Shown: positions 11,862 through 25,030, numbered from the whole stretch's first letter. The stretch: DNA of 63,105 nucleotides, filler included, from Hausera hauseri (GCA_046269625.1; 10 parts of 10 records of this genome joined end to end with filler, not necessarily neighbours in it); one strand, 5' to 3'. Notes: generated by a model not told the origin, from the sequence alone. Program-made: numbers and translations.

Positions 11862-13199
11862 ATATGTTGAGCGAGAAGTGTATTTAAATCGATGCAGAAT
11901 CGGGTCGTTTAATGAATAAAAGCGAGATAATTTAGTAAGTATTCAATGTAAATTACAAATACAAATATTGGGTAAAAAGGTTATTAGCATAATTTATCCT
12001 CATAATTGCTTTAGATTTGAAATACCTTATCCCTGTGGATCATAAGTCGCATGTACGAACTATAAAACTTTATTTACCCAGATTATGCTGAAATAATGTT
12101 GCATCATCATTAATAAGAATCATAAATACTTAAGCATTAAATGAGATTTATTATAATAAATGTAAAATTACAATGAAATATAACGTTCCTAAACAAATTA
12201 AAATATTATTGACTCTAAAAGTAATTATAGGACAGTAAGCTGTAGCATAATGTATCTATAAATTTATTAGAGTTTAACAAATAAAAAGGGAATCGTTCAA
12301 TATGGGAGAATGTTAGGTCGTTGATTTAAAATCTTTATGAAAATAGATTAGTGATTTATTTCAACCTATGGTGATCGTTATGAAGAAAGTACCTAAAAAA
12401 CCACCACTCTCGGTTTAAGCAGCTTCATACAACTAGATAAAAAACCCTATATTAGTAAAATAAACTTTAAGTGAATGTTACGAAATTAATTAACATATCC
12501 TCAAGTTTAACCGTAAATAAATGTTATATGAGTAATGTTAAATAAAGCGGATATATTACAGGCGCAGACAATGTATCATTGTAGACCACCATTGAACTCA
12601 CACAGCTAATAATGAATTTTATATGTTGGGATACTGATAAAATAATGTTTGTATTATCATCATGAACCGGGAGTTAAGAGTAAGATCACGAACCTGAATA
12701 AAAGATCCAGATATCCTAACAAGTGAATGGAACTCTGCAAATGGACTCGATAATAGATTTCGCTGGAACATTGAATTGAACAGGTGTCACAAACATAATT
12801 GATCATTTTGTCGTCGCACATCGGCAATTAATAATTATAATGATCGGAATTTTCTCGTTCAATCCGACGGATTAGATTCTTAAAACGGGGAGTCGGACCC
12901 GACTATTGATTCAGCGTGGCGACAGCGGACGCCTGGCCGCAGCCAACCAAATGGGCCAAAGGGTACCGGCCTCCGTGGGCAACACATCATCCGCCGTGGC
13001 AAAATAAAAACTATAAAGAGTAAAACAGACGGAAAGAAAATCGCCAAACGAAAAGTGTATGTGTCACTTGGTCTTAGTGTGAACAAGACGTTGGGTGCCT
13101 TCTACTGATTTTTCTCTGCTATACTTGCTAAATATTACTCTGCGTGTTTTGTCTGCATGCGGTGTGTTTGCTTACAAAGGTTGAAGTTTGGGAAAAATT

Positions 13200-16100
13200 G
13201 TCAGATTTTGTTGTGAGTAGTGTCGTGCAAAGACGAATCAGAAGGAAGAGAAGAAGAAGATGAAGCGGGAGAGAGATTGTTGGAGACGGGTGGTTAAAGG
13301 TATTCAAGAGAGTGTTAGAAGGCGAAGGAGTGACAAAAGGTGAAGTGGTGGATGAAGGAGGAGATGAAAATTGAAGTAGAAGTTGGAATTGTATTAGGCG
13401 AAAGAGTAGAAGTAGAAAATGAGATACAGGGAGTGGTAGAGAAAGGAAGAGAGATAGGAATAGAAGTAGAAAGTGTGGAAAATGATAAAGCAGACCTAGA
13501 AGCAGAAGGAGGAGGTGAAACTGGTGTAGCAACAGATAAAGGAACTGCAGGAAGTGTAAGAGTAAGTAAAGAAGTTGACGTGTCGATTGGTGAAGTGTCG
13601 CAACAAAGATGGCGGGCTTTAAGTTGGTAATATGTGCTGTAAGTTCTTTGCCGTCTTTAGAGATAATACATTATGTGAATGCAGCTGTATCAGTTTATAT
13701 GGCCCCAGATACCGCGGTTGAAAACCGCACGGCGTCTGATTTTTTAGCCATACGAATTTTGCCGAATACAAGTCTTCGGGTAAATATATTTTTTCTTTTT
13801 GAAGTGTCCTGCTGACCGTAACAAAGTGATTTTGCACCGCCCATATCGTTTCATCTGTAGGAGTGTCGTCTAAGGCAGTTAGTTTAAACAATGATTGTAC
13901 AGGAGCTCCGAATAAGGCTGCAGTAGGTGAACATCCTGTAAAAGTAGACGGAGTGTTCCGCCAGCCAAGCTGAATAAACGGCAGAAGATTCGTCCAACTA
14001 ATGTTGGACTCTGCAAGGATTCTTAGTGACGTTTTCAATGTTCGGTGGAAGCGTTCTAGGAGGCCATTTGATTGGGCATGACAAGGCGTAGTATGTATGT
14101 GATGGATCCCCAAGCGGTTAACAAGGGATTTGAACAGGTTGGATTCAAACTGTGGACCCTGGTCCGTGATGATGAAACGAGGTGATTTAAACCTGTTAAT
14201 CCATATACAAATGAAAACGTCAGCTATGGTAACGGTGTTTGTGCTCTGCTGAGAAATGGCTCCTGGCCATCGCGAGGAACGGTCCATCATGGTGAGAATG
14301 AATTGATGACCGTTATCTGGAGGAAGAGGGCCAACGATGTCTATATGCACGGACTCGAAACGCGATGTGCAGGAAAAGTGAAACAATGGTGGCTTTAAAT
14401 GCTTAGTTGTTTTGTATTTTTGGCAAGTCACACACTCCTTAACCCAAGTCTGCACATCAGAACGCGTTGACGGCCAAATTACTTGTCGATAGAGTAAACA
14501 AAAAGTAGCCTTAGCACCAGGGTTGTGTAACGAAGGTACGCTAATAAATGCTTGCCTTTGCAATGATGGTGTGAGGATTATTAAGGAATGACCTGGTTTG
14601 GAAGTGTCTAAAGCCACGCCGTCAACAATTGTGCAATACTTGAAAGAATTAAGCATGTTTTGAGGTGGCTGGTTCTGTTGAACTTGAGCTTGCGTAAAAT
14701 CGGTGAAAAATTAATCGAAATAACCGACCTGGATAAAAAATCGGCGACTAAATTATTAACCCCATTAATATGTTTTATGTCGAAGTTAAATGTCGATAAT
14801 TATGATATCTGTCGTTCTTTGCGTGTGGAAGGTTGTTTCATAGCCATGATGTTAAGTAAGGGTTTGTGATCGGTTCGTATAGTAAAATGGCAAGCGAAAA
14901 GTAGGTGGGAGAAATGCTTTAGAGCAAAGACGATGGAAAATAACTCTCGATCGAACGTTGAATATCTACTTTCAGGAGAAGTTAGCTTGCGAGAGAAAAA
15001 TTCTAGCGCTTGATTTTCTCCTTTGTGGATTTGGTGAAGTACAGCACCTACCGCAGTGGTTGAAGCGTCTGTGGTAAGGATGAGTTCCACATCAGGCATG
15101 GGGAAAGCGAGGATGTCGACGGTCTTAATTCCTTTGCGTAAATTATCAAACTTGTCTACCAACTCAGGTGTCCACTGAATTGGCTGATGTTTTTTGCCAC
15201 CGCTTAAGTGTGCAATTGGTGCTGTCAATTCAGAGCAATATGGTACATACTTATGTACAAAGTGTAGTGTACGAAGGAAGCTGTGCATTTTGGTGGTCGT
15301 ACGAGGTAACTGGATATTTTTAAGGGTTTCAACGCGGTCTGGTTGAGGAGAATGGTCGTCTGGTGAAATAACGTGGCCTAAAAAGTTGATGCGTTTTTTG
15401 AAGAAATAGCATTTGTCGAAATTGACTTGGAGATTATGGTGGTTAAGGCGTTGGAATATTGCGCGAAGGTGTTCGTCGTATTGTTTGGTCGAAGACGAAA
15501 CGATCACAATATCATCAATATAAGGGTGCGCAATCGGGAAATCTAAGAGAATCGAAAGGTCTGTGCAGCATTTCTCAAACCGAAAGGCATAAACAAGTAC
15601 TCGTAGAGGCCAAGAGGAGTAGTGGCAGCAGTTTTTTTATGTCTTCGGGTACCACCGGTATTTGGTGGTATGCTTTGGCCAAATCGATGGTCAAATAAAT
15701 GGTAGTTGAATTAAGGCGATGCAGGATGTCCTTGATGAGTGGCAAGGGGCACGCATCCATGATTGTCAACTTGTTCAACTGGCGGTAGTCATTGTATGGT
15801 CTAAAAGTACCATCCTTTTTTGTACGACATGTAAAGGTGACGACCAAGGACATTTGGAACGGCGTACAATTCCGGAGCGTTCTAGTTCAAGAAATTCGGC
15901 TGCTACGGCCTGTCTACGACAAGGTGACAGTGGTCGTACCTTTTGGCGTATTGGTCGTTGATGCTGTGTTATTATTTGATGTACAGTGCTGTTTGTAGGG
16001 GTAAACAAACGATCTTTTTTAAGTACCCGTGAACATGTTGTGGTAACGAATTGCTGTAAAGTTGTAGGCAACTATGATAGATTCGGTGATGATCGTGAAA

Positions 16101-16821
16101 CAGCTTGAGTAGTAGCGGATGCGATTTGTGAATTGTTTTGTGATGTGCAGTCAAGTTTTATTTGATGTAAGATGGTCCAATAGAAAATGGTGTTAGATGA
16201 AATGATTTCGTCAAGTGAATGAACATTGGTGACAATACCACAGTTATCGACGTCGAACCTCGATCGATTATCAATATTATTATTTAAAAATTTACGAATT
16301 GAATTATTTTTATGGAAATTCGAATTATTTATTGATTTTCACCAAATTGACCGTGTCTCGATCGACTGCACAGTAGTCAAAATGCTATTGACATGCTCAG
16401 CAATGCTGCCAGTAATTCCGCTCCTCAGACATCGTTGACTGCAGCCAATCAATAAATTATAATGTGATAGAAAATCGGACCCTAGAATTGCCGTCTGGAC
16501 GTTAGCAACTGTGAACGTCCAGTGGAAAGGTAAAGAAAATTTTGGTAAAATAAAAGATAGTTTAGCCATGCCAGAAATGTGCAGCGCTTGACCTGAAGCG
16601 GTGTATAACGGCTTAATTTTGAATGGTAAATTCTGAACAGGAAAGATTTGTGGTAATAAAGAAATCGCTGCACCTGTATCAATGAGAACATCAATGGATT
16701 GCGTTGTAGGAACGGTGATTACAGCCTTTAGAGTAAAAACAGCAAAACAGGCGTGTCGGCATGCAGAAAGTGAAGTAGTGACTTTGCCAGAGTTTGCCGT
16801 GACTTTTGGTGGCAAATTTAG
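13200..16821 (-). pseudogene. pol: Gypsy pol (protease, RT, RNase H, integrase, S/T/P-rich tail), frameshifted
   Basis: LIDTGAAISLLP and ILGSDFL (PR); DYRQLN, DLAKAYHQIP and YIDDI (RT); TDASTTAVGAVL, YSTFDREL and TDHKPL (RH); HNPG..C..C, HIDIVGPLP, TDQGPQFES, ERFHRTLK and YLGPY (INT). Confidence 0.92.
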
Positions 16822-17902
16822 TTTTTTTGAAGAGGTGAACTAGAACGACTATTAGAAGAAAAGGTAGTGCGTCCGTCGTTCGTATCTGGTTTGAAAGTAC
16901 AGCTTGGAATGCATTTACGAGCTTGATTTTTAAACTTTGCGTGGTAAATGCAAACAACGGTGTCTGAAGAAAACTTTTATTATAAAATTTGCACCCTAGG
17001 CAGCATTTCTTGGCATTCTTATTGAATCTGCTGTAATAATAGCAGATAAACGATTGCGCAGGTGATGGTGACCGGTTTCTAGATGCGGAATGGGCGCGGT
17101 CAGCAACACAATCCCTTCGTCGGGACAGGGAAATTTAATTTAATTTGTTGTTTATATTGTTGACTGTTGCTTGTCATGCTGCATTTTCGGCACGTAACTG
17201 ATTTAGTTGTTGTTCTATTGATGTGTTATTGTTTTGGATACCGGTAGTGGCAACTGCCACCAAAACGACTGGTAGGGAATTTAAGTGTAGAACGTCGCGT
17301 GTCTTATCGGCTTATTTGGCCAATTTTTCAAGAGACGTGGAGTCCACCACTACGGTAAGTAGAGCCCGAATTTGAATGGGTAATACGTTAAGGAAGTAGT
17401 GACGCAGTAGTTCGGGGTTGTGTTCTTTAGTGACGCCGAGAGTGTGCAGATGTGCCAAAGACATGCGTAAAAATTCAGATTGTCGTTGTGTGCCTATAGC
17501 ATTGTCATGGAAGAAGCGTTGTATGATCGTGTCCATTGAGGGTTCTGTGATCTTAAGAACGGCGTTTGAAAGTTGTGAATATGGATCAGGAAGTTCAAAT
17601 ATTTCAATGATGTTGTGAATTCGTGTTTTAATATTGTTAGGGAGTAAGAAGAGGAGATTGTGTGCCTTAGTTAAGGAATCGATGACGTTATTGGCTTGTA
17701 GCTACAGTTGGTGGAATTGCAACCAAGTTTTGCTAAAGCCTTGGTTGTCAATGAAAAATTCAGTGCAGTGAGGGAAATGAGCGGAAGAGGTAGTAGGTGA
17801 AGTGTTATTGGTGGAAGCAAAAGTGGGTTTTTGAAGCAGTATGACAGATTTTGGTTTCGTGCTAATTTTATCCGTGGTGTCTATGATAGGCAATGAATTC
17901 AT
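16818..17902 (-). pseudogene. gag: Gypsy gag with two C-terminal Cys/His knuckles
   Basis: CYYYSRFNKNAKKCCLGCKF and CIYHAKFKNQARKCIPSCTF; helical capsid-like region (LLPNNI..PDPYSQL..SEFLR); ends at slippery AAAAAAC then TAA. Confidence 0.75.
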
Positions 17903-18216
17903 GCCACCACGGGTGCGGAGGTGTATCTGGAGTTGGATATAAGTTGAAGAAGATTGTATGGTTCCAGCGATGGGTATTGTAGAGCCATTGTATGTTAAGA
18001 AAAATGCAGATGGCGTTGTAGACGTCTGTAGTATTTGCGTGTGTTGATGCAATTGTATAAATGTGTTTATTGTTTAAAAAAGCGAGAATGTAAAGTGGGC
18101 GTATAGCCAGGGGCGTGTCGTGGGGCGTCAGCGAACGTTGCCGTCTCACCCAGTGGCATAGGGTGGGCGGCCGGGACTTCGGCCGCGCCGCGGCGGACCC
18201 CAAAATTCGGGGTTGC

Positions 18217-19257
18217 CTAGATCCCCGCATGCAGTTTTATAAAATACGACTGAGAATCGCCAACATCATCATGGTAGGTAATGTACCGCTGAGGCAAAAT
18301 GTTAAACTTATCTTTGAAACACTTAATTGCCGCAGAGAAATTTCTGTTCAACAAATCGTGATATTCACTTTTGCCCTTCGTCGAGTTAATAAGATTAATA
18401 TATTGAGTAAACTTTGCACTGATAGAAAACACTGAAGCTGAAACCGATCTCTTATCAGTCTTACTGTGGAATGTATCCAAGCCAACAACCATAGTCGGAA
18501 TAAATTTTAAATCAATGCCCCGCGGATCATAGCTAATTTTAGCAAACATTTGCATTATGGTTTTATCCTCAACAACCTTACGTCTTTGGTTATCACGATT
18601 AGTGCCATTTCTATGAGTGACGCACTGAGTCAACAAATCTGTGTTAATGGTAAAAGCTTTAACTCGACTGTAAGCTCCGTCATCATTAACAAATATCAAC
18701 GCAATACGAATTTTATTAACTTGGATTTGCTCGTTTAAAACGTCTTCAGTTTCGTGGCTTCGACAGGAAATAACTATGTCGACCGAAGAACTAACTCCAA
18801 ATTTTCTAATCTCTCTTTGAACATCTGCAATAAATTTTGTAAAATGGTTTGAAATTGTTTCAGTGACAATAACCCCAATTCTATGATTAGTACCTCTTGG
18901 AACATAGAATCCAACTTCGCGAAATTTTCGATAATCCTTCGCTTTCGTATTAATGACTCGTCCACCGGATGATACATTATACGGGTTTACCTCTATTCCA
19001 CTTAAAGTCAATGGATCTGCGTCAATTTTTAAATTCCACAACTCCATGTAGTCCTTTGACGTTATAAAATTAACGTGTTCTAGCGTGTTAAATAAAGCCA
19101 TGAAAGTGTTAACGCGGTCGTGTACAATATGGCACAAAAGAAAAATACGTGGATTATTAAATTCGAATTTAGAAGTATTGGAGGAATTTAGAGAAATCAA
19201 ACTGGACAAAAACACCAATATTACTTTGTCCAACACGCCAACGTCCGAGCAGTACAA
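18217..19257 (-). pseudogene. piwi: Piwi-subfamily Argonaute fragment (L2-MID-N-terminal PIWI), planarian SMEDWI-1/2-like, truncated by the gypsy element
   Basis: YSRVK..LLTQCV (MID pocket), QMFAKI, PTMVVGLDTFH (first catalytic Asp), SVFSISAKFTQY, LPQRYITYHDDVGDSQ (normally YRDGVGD); stops right after at the element junction; the first ~40 aa are not Piwi-like. Confidence 0.85.
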
Positions 19258-22200
19258 AATGTCGGAAAAAATTTTCTGACACTATTTATTTTACATCGTG
19301 TCTATTGTGCACGCTGATGAAGATCAACTAAGACTGCTTGAACTTTCCGCAAGTAGTGTTTTCTTTCTATTCTCCGTGCGAATTGAATTTAATCGACCCA
19401 GAGATTTCCCCAGTCGATCAACTTTGTTCAGTGCTTTTTGAACGGATATAATTAGATAATTGAATTCTTTTTTTTCAACGTCATTATAGCGCGAGTGGTA
19501 TTTTCGTGTTCTTTGCAANNNNNNNNNNNNNNNNNNNNNNNNNNNNNNNNNNNNNNNNNNNNTTAATTAATTAANNNNNNNNNNNNNNNNNNNNNNNNNN
19601 NNNNNNNNNNNNNNNNNNCTTTGTCTTTTGCGACACAGGAAATCCGACCGCACCACTGAACTCGCCGTTGTCGAATTAACCAATCAGCATGCGAGCCGCT
19701 TGTGATTGGTCAATTGGTGCGTGGGTGGACCCCCCGCCTTGGCCCAGAACCGGCTTTTTCTCCCTACTGATGTCAATTTAGCTATTTTTATCAATAAAAT
19801 TTAAAGTATTTTATGTATTTGGCTTTTTCATAAGTTTAAATACGAAATACAGTGTCCATTTTCAATTACATATCCTCGGATAGGTGTGCTGCTTAACTGT
19901 CATCAGTGGTCTATATTTAACATTTTATTAGTGGGTGAAAAAATTGAAAAAATAATCTTTTTGGGCGATAGCTCAAAAAGGTTGAGAAACAGTGCTCTAA
20001 ATTGTCATTTTGCAGTTAATTGCATTTATGTTAATTGTAATTAATTGTTTTTATTATTTCAAATATTTCAATTCAAAATGATATTTGGATGTTTGCCCCT
20101 AAAAATGTGACTTTGTTGCATTTTCTAATTTAATGTAAATTCGTAATATTGGTGGAGATTTATTCTGAGCAATTCGGAAGTTAATATTTCTAATGATCTG
20201 ATTAATATTCAGTGTCAATTGTTTTCATATTTTTCTGGTTCTATTGTTCAATTCTCACTAATTACGTTGGGAGAAACTTAAATTAATAATTAATTAATGG
20301 GGAGAACAAATTTGCGTATACCTTTACTCGAGCGCAGTGAATGGGTTTGCGGAGATAAAACGATTGAAACCTTACTTACTTATTAGTAGGTGATGTGTAT
20401 AGGGACAGTATCGTTAAGAAACAATTAATGATTACTGTTTATTCTCCTATATCTTTATTTAATATTACCTTGGCGGTCGTCAGGTAGGTTTGACCTGGTC
20501 GACCAAGAATACCGATTAATTATTACTTATTTAGGTTACTCAGTTACTTACTTCTTCAATAATAAATAACCGTTCGCAATAACAAATATAATTGATATCC
20601 AAATAAAATAACGACAAAAAGTGAAACTTCAAACAATGCACAAATACCTACATGAAGACATACAAGTACTCGAGAGCTTTAAAGTTACAATCAAAAGTGA
20701 CTTATCAAAAGTCGCTGTTACAAAATCTCACAAATCCGTATAATAATTACATGACACACGTAATAATGCGACTACATATAAGATAACGTATTAAAGATTA
20801 TGATCACTGTGATGATAACGTTACAATGTAATAACACAAATATAAAGTCCAATTGTATTCACATAATTTCGAATTTAAAGTATTTAAGATTTCACATTTA
20901 AAATGTCTAAGATTCACACTATCTCAAAATACAATTATGCGAATGTTGAAATATTCGGACATCATAATCCTGGATATTTTAAGGCAGAGAAGAAAATTTA
21001 ATAAAATTTCAAAATAAACATGAAAATTTAATTTGACTAACCTTTATCAATCCATTAAATTTTGTCTTCTCATGTATATCCTATTATTTTCTAGAAAATC
21101 GAACTTTTGTTTAACAAACTACCCAACATCTAATGTCGATGAAAATCATTACAATTTACAATTCAACTATCGTAGAAATGCGTGCAATGGTGTACATGCT
21201 CATTTCAGACACTGCGAATGACAAATGATTGAAAACTAATGGATTGATGAAATGTCACATTTATTTTTATCTAAAACTTCAAATTAAATTGTAGGACTAA
21301 TTAATGCAATACAGTGTGCCAGTCTTTACTCGTGATATTTCTATTTTAGCATGTTTAATATTTAACACATTAAAACCAATATAGTACAAAAATTAATTTC
21401 AAATTTTACTTTTTTGATGGTCGTCATCATTTCATTTATGGATTCGTGTTTATTCATGAAATGATATCAACTATTGATAATTTTTTAATAGTCAGTATGT
21501 AAATGAGGCGCCATAAACATATTACACGAATCTGCATGTCTTTTTTTTAATTACCGATTGTTTCTCTTTGATGTTTACATTTTTAATATTAATAAAAAAC
21601 GATATTTTGAATGGACAAAGAATAGGAAAGTTGCAGAAATTTCATAATGAAATTCTCTAAAATATTACAGTTATTTTTAAATGTATTTGAATTATTGGAA
21701 CTGGTTTTTCAGTGAAACTTTTGTCAGTGTGCACTAACGCGAAGAAAGAAGTTCAAAATTCCTAAACGTCGCTACACGTATTTGAACAAGTACCAATTGC
21801 GTTATGTTGTTAGTAAAACGTTTTTTTTTTAAATTATTAATCAGCGTTATATTTTCTACATCTTTCTGGAAATTTGTTACAAAAATTCAAATTTGCAATT
21901 TGTAAGTGTCACATGTTAGAAAGAAGCAGTGAATTTATAAGGAGCGTATACATTTCCTTCGTTCATCCATCAAATATTAAAAAGCTACTGGATACTTTTA
22001 ATAGAAAATTTCGGAGGCCAATGAGATTTATTTGGGCATCATTGATTAATTTAATTGTGCAATATGTCATTTCTGATAACGCGTCAAGGATTATTCTCAA
22101 GCAATCCGTCATAGCAGCATTTTGAATCATTATTGTTCATGTCAAAAGCGAACATTTATTGTAACAAAAATGTTATTTTAAATACTAAAACATACTTTGA

Positions 22201-22873
22201 ACTTCACTCATGAGATAGTACATGTGCTTGTATGATCCTTGTATGTCTGTGTGTGTGTGTGTGTGTGTCAAATTTGTATTTCTTATAGCACTTTCTCACT
22301 ATTTAATTCATTTGGCTGACGATGACCAACAGTGCCCCAAAATAAAACTCGATTCTAAAGTTTTTGAATATCATTATAATGATGTTATGTGCTACTCTGC
22401 GGTGTGCCTAAAGGGGTTTAAGGAATTTAACTTTCTCCATGGAATCTCACTTCATGATTTTTTCATAGGACCATCGCTAATATATTTCATTTTTGAGGAT
22501 ATTTAAAGCTTTAATATTTTGATACTTTTTGTAAAATGTTAAACTTAAATAAATTTGAAAATTAGAAAGGTGTATTGGAAGCCGAGTAATTATTAAGTGT
22601 CGTATTATAGACGTTATATTGGCGAAATATATATTCAAGAAGTTTACTATTATATAAATTTCCTCGCCTTAGGTTAGTGTTACTACTGTACAAACAAAAA
22701 TGGTAAACCAGTAAGACATTTACATTACTTGTTGGACCAAATTACGTTTAAATACATGCATCAGTTATTTACTAATGTTTAGTGTGTTAATCGACTGTGG
22801 GAAAGGTTGTATGTAAAATTCGACTCATCTGAATAAAATTATGTTTATAAATTTAATATCAATTACTATACAT

Positions 22874-23374
22874 TCACACACAATTCGTTAGCTTTAAAGA
22901 ATTTACTGAAGACCTCTTCCAAATTCTACGACAGGAATGATGCTCACATGACTTGCTAATACATAAATCCGAATTACTTATCCGTTTTTGTACAATATTC
23001 AAATTAGATTTATCCAGCCAAGATGTCAAATTTCGATCAGTTCTGCAATCATCCATCGATCCACAGATGCACCTTTTTGGGGGAGACAAATTCGAAAATT
23101 TTTTGACCAGAGAATTACGCCTTGTAAATTTCAGTAGTTTACAATACCAGTCCCAAATTAGTGTTGGATCATATTGTGATCGTTTGATCATATCATCTTG
23201 ATAAATATCGATTGGACGTTTGCATTTTGATTTGTAGAGTAAATATGCAAAACATATAAAAAGTGCTGTAATCAGTATTGATCCGATTTGTATGCCTTCT
23301 TCGGGCATGTAACGACTGTAGAGATTTTGTTGTTGAGTAACATTTCGGTAGGTTGTAGGTGATTTTATTTTCAT
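22874..23374 (-). CDS. Hypothetical single-pass membrane protein, 166 aa
   Basis: Long ORF in AT-rich DNA with a hydrophobic segment GIQIGSILITALFICFAYLLY followed by basic residues and a Cys-containing tail; no family recognised. Confidence 0.4.
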   Translation of the reverse strand: MKIKSPTTYRNVTQQQNLYSRYMPEEGIQIGSILITALFICFAYLLYKSKCKRPIDIYQDDMIKRSQYDPTLIWDWYCKLLKFTRRNSLVKKFSNLSPPKRCICGSMDDCRTDRNLTSWLDKSNLNIVQKRISNSDLCISKSCEHHSCRRIWKRSSVNSLKLTNCV

Positions 23375-24529
23375 TTATTCCCATAAATTCAAAATTACTT
23401 TCAAGAAGAATTTTTAATGTACATCTCCATTGGATTGAACAATTTGAGAAATAATTGAACCAATAAGATATCGACCAAATACAACAAAGATAAATTAGTA
23501 TGGAATCTATGACTTTATATCGTCTATCTACATAAGGTACGAAATGTTAATGTATATTAAACGTATTAGATTTCAATATTCATGTATATACGTATGTTAT
23601 ATATTGGGGTAGCCCTAATTCAACTCCCACTATATAACAATAGCTACAGTTGAAATTTGAGTACCTTAATACAGGTAAGGTCTATCGTTATCGAATAGAC
23701 AGAATGTACCTTATTTCAATAAGTTTAGTTCAGTAATGCTGGTACTCGCTTGCAGTCGTGTGCAAAACGTTTATCAATATTCTTGTCTTAACTATGTGAC
23801 TTTACAGTAAAATTTTAGACCTTAGTGTAGTCGAATCACCCTTATGGGGCAATGAAAAACCATATAAGAATGTTAAATAACAAATATATTTTACAACAAA
23901 CAATTACTGGATACACCTCTGTATCAAAATTGAAAATCAGAATCAACTGGCTCAGGAATAATTCTCAACGCTTTTCAAAATCTTCTGAGAATGCTTCTCC
24001 AATTGTTTCCTCAATTTAACTTCTCAAAATTCCTAATTATCTTCGCTAAGGAAGCTTCTGAAAACGACTTCAAAATATCTTCAAAATGTCTCTCAACAAC
24101 TTTCCACTACTCTCAAATAACTCAACTCTTTCATATCTGCTACACGTTTATATACCAATGCGACTGCGTACGCGACTGATTTAATTTAATATTCTTGGAA
24201 TTATACATACTTTTCAACCAGTTGTTTTAGCACTGTCAGTTTTAAAAATTAATATAAATTCAATGCTTTCTCCAAAAATTCTAAAAATGTACCAAATTAT
24301 TACTAAATTCCTTCTTTATATTTGTACAAATTCCTAAGTTTGTANNNNNNNNNNNNNNNNNNNNNNNNNNNNNNNNNNNNNNNNNNNNTTAATTAATTAA
24401 NNNNNNNNNNNNNNNNNNNNNNNNNNNNNNNNNNNNNNNNNNNNACATAGCATACACATCGTTGGCTAAAATATTGTATCTCAAATTTGTTTCTTCCTTA
24501 ATACAGATTTCTTAACGTAACGCAAAAAC

Positions 24530-25030
24530 ATGCACGTTTCTTGCATAAAACAGACATTGATAATCATTTCTATATGCTCACTAATCGTGGCCGCAATTTT
24601 TTATGTGCTGATCTGGAGGTTTGATCTATCACACATCCCGAATGTCATCAGCAAATCAGTCGACAACTTCCAAGTAAACTACGTCACGTACAGTCAAACA
24701 GATATTTCGAAATCTTCCAGTTTCAAACTACAAAACCTTGGGAGTGACGTAACCGAGGACGCCGCATTCAATTCGCCTTACTTTATCATTCCAAAGACAT
24801 ATGCAAATAAATCAAGGGAAGTTCCAACAAACTTGTCCAGAAATCCCAAAGTCATTGGCTGTTATTATTGTCAACCATGGTTCTTTAAAGACAGCACATT
24901 TAAGTTCAACCGGGATTTTAAACTGTGTCCATACAGCGAATGCGTGTTCGATTCGAAAGCAAATTTATCTATTGTGGACGTTCTCATTGTCCATGTTGGA
25001 TCAGTTGGAGCGCTCCTCGAAGTGATTTGA
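24530..25030 (+). CDS. Alpha-1,3-fucosyltransferase-like (GT10) N-terminal fragment, truncated
   Basis: Type II membrane anchor, stem region, then CPYSECVF....DVLIVH, resembling the GT10 N-terminal C..C...DA.vFH motif; no catalytic domain before the next gene. Confidence 0.5.
   Translation: MHVSCIKQTLIIISICSLIVAAIFYVLIWRFDLSHIPNVISKSVDNFQVNYVTYSQTDISKSSSFKLQNLGSDVTEDAAFNSPYFIIPKTYANKSREVPTNLSRNPKVIGCYYCQPWFFKDSTFKFNRDFKLCPYSECVFDSKANLSIVDVLIVHVGSVGALLEVI

Larger units (their letters stand above)
12885..18229 (-). mobile_element. Decayed Ty3/gypsy retrotransposon (gag-PR-RT-RH-INT) without an identifiable LTR pair
   Basis: Domain order and motifs are given in the gag and pol entries; the boundaries were taken at the two GC-rich islands. 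Confidence 0.85.

Noticed and set aside
12960-13010. HDV-like ribozyme (TGGGCAACA...TGGCAAAAT resemblance)
   Set aside because: I could not build the P1/P2/P3 nested pseudoknot; no hammerhead CTGANGA/GAAA core in either GC island.
13128-13630. Glu/Val-rich plus-strand ORF and Leu-rich minus-strand ORF
   Set aside because: Antisense or off-frame readings of the S/T/P-rich integrase tail.
18217-19257. Short prokaryotic Argonaute (MID-PIWI only) defence system
   Set aside because: The sequence is eukaryotic Piwi-like, truncated mid-PIWI, with no APAZ/effector partner.
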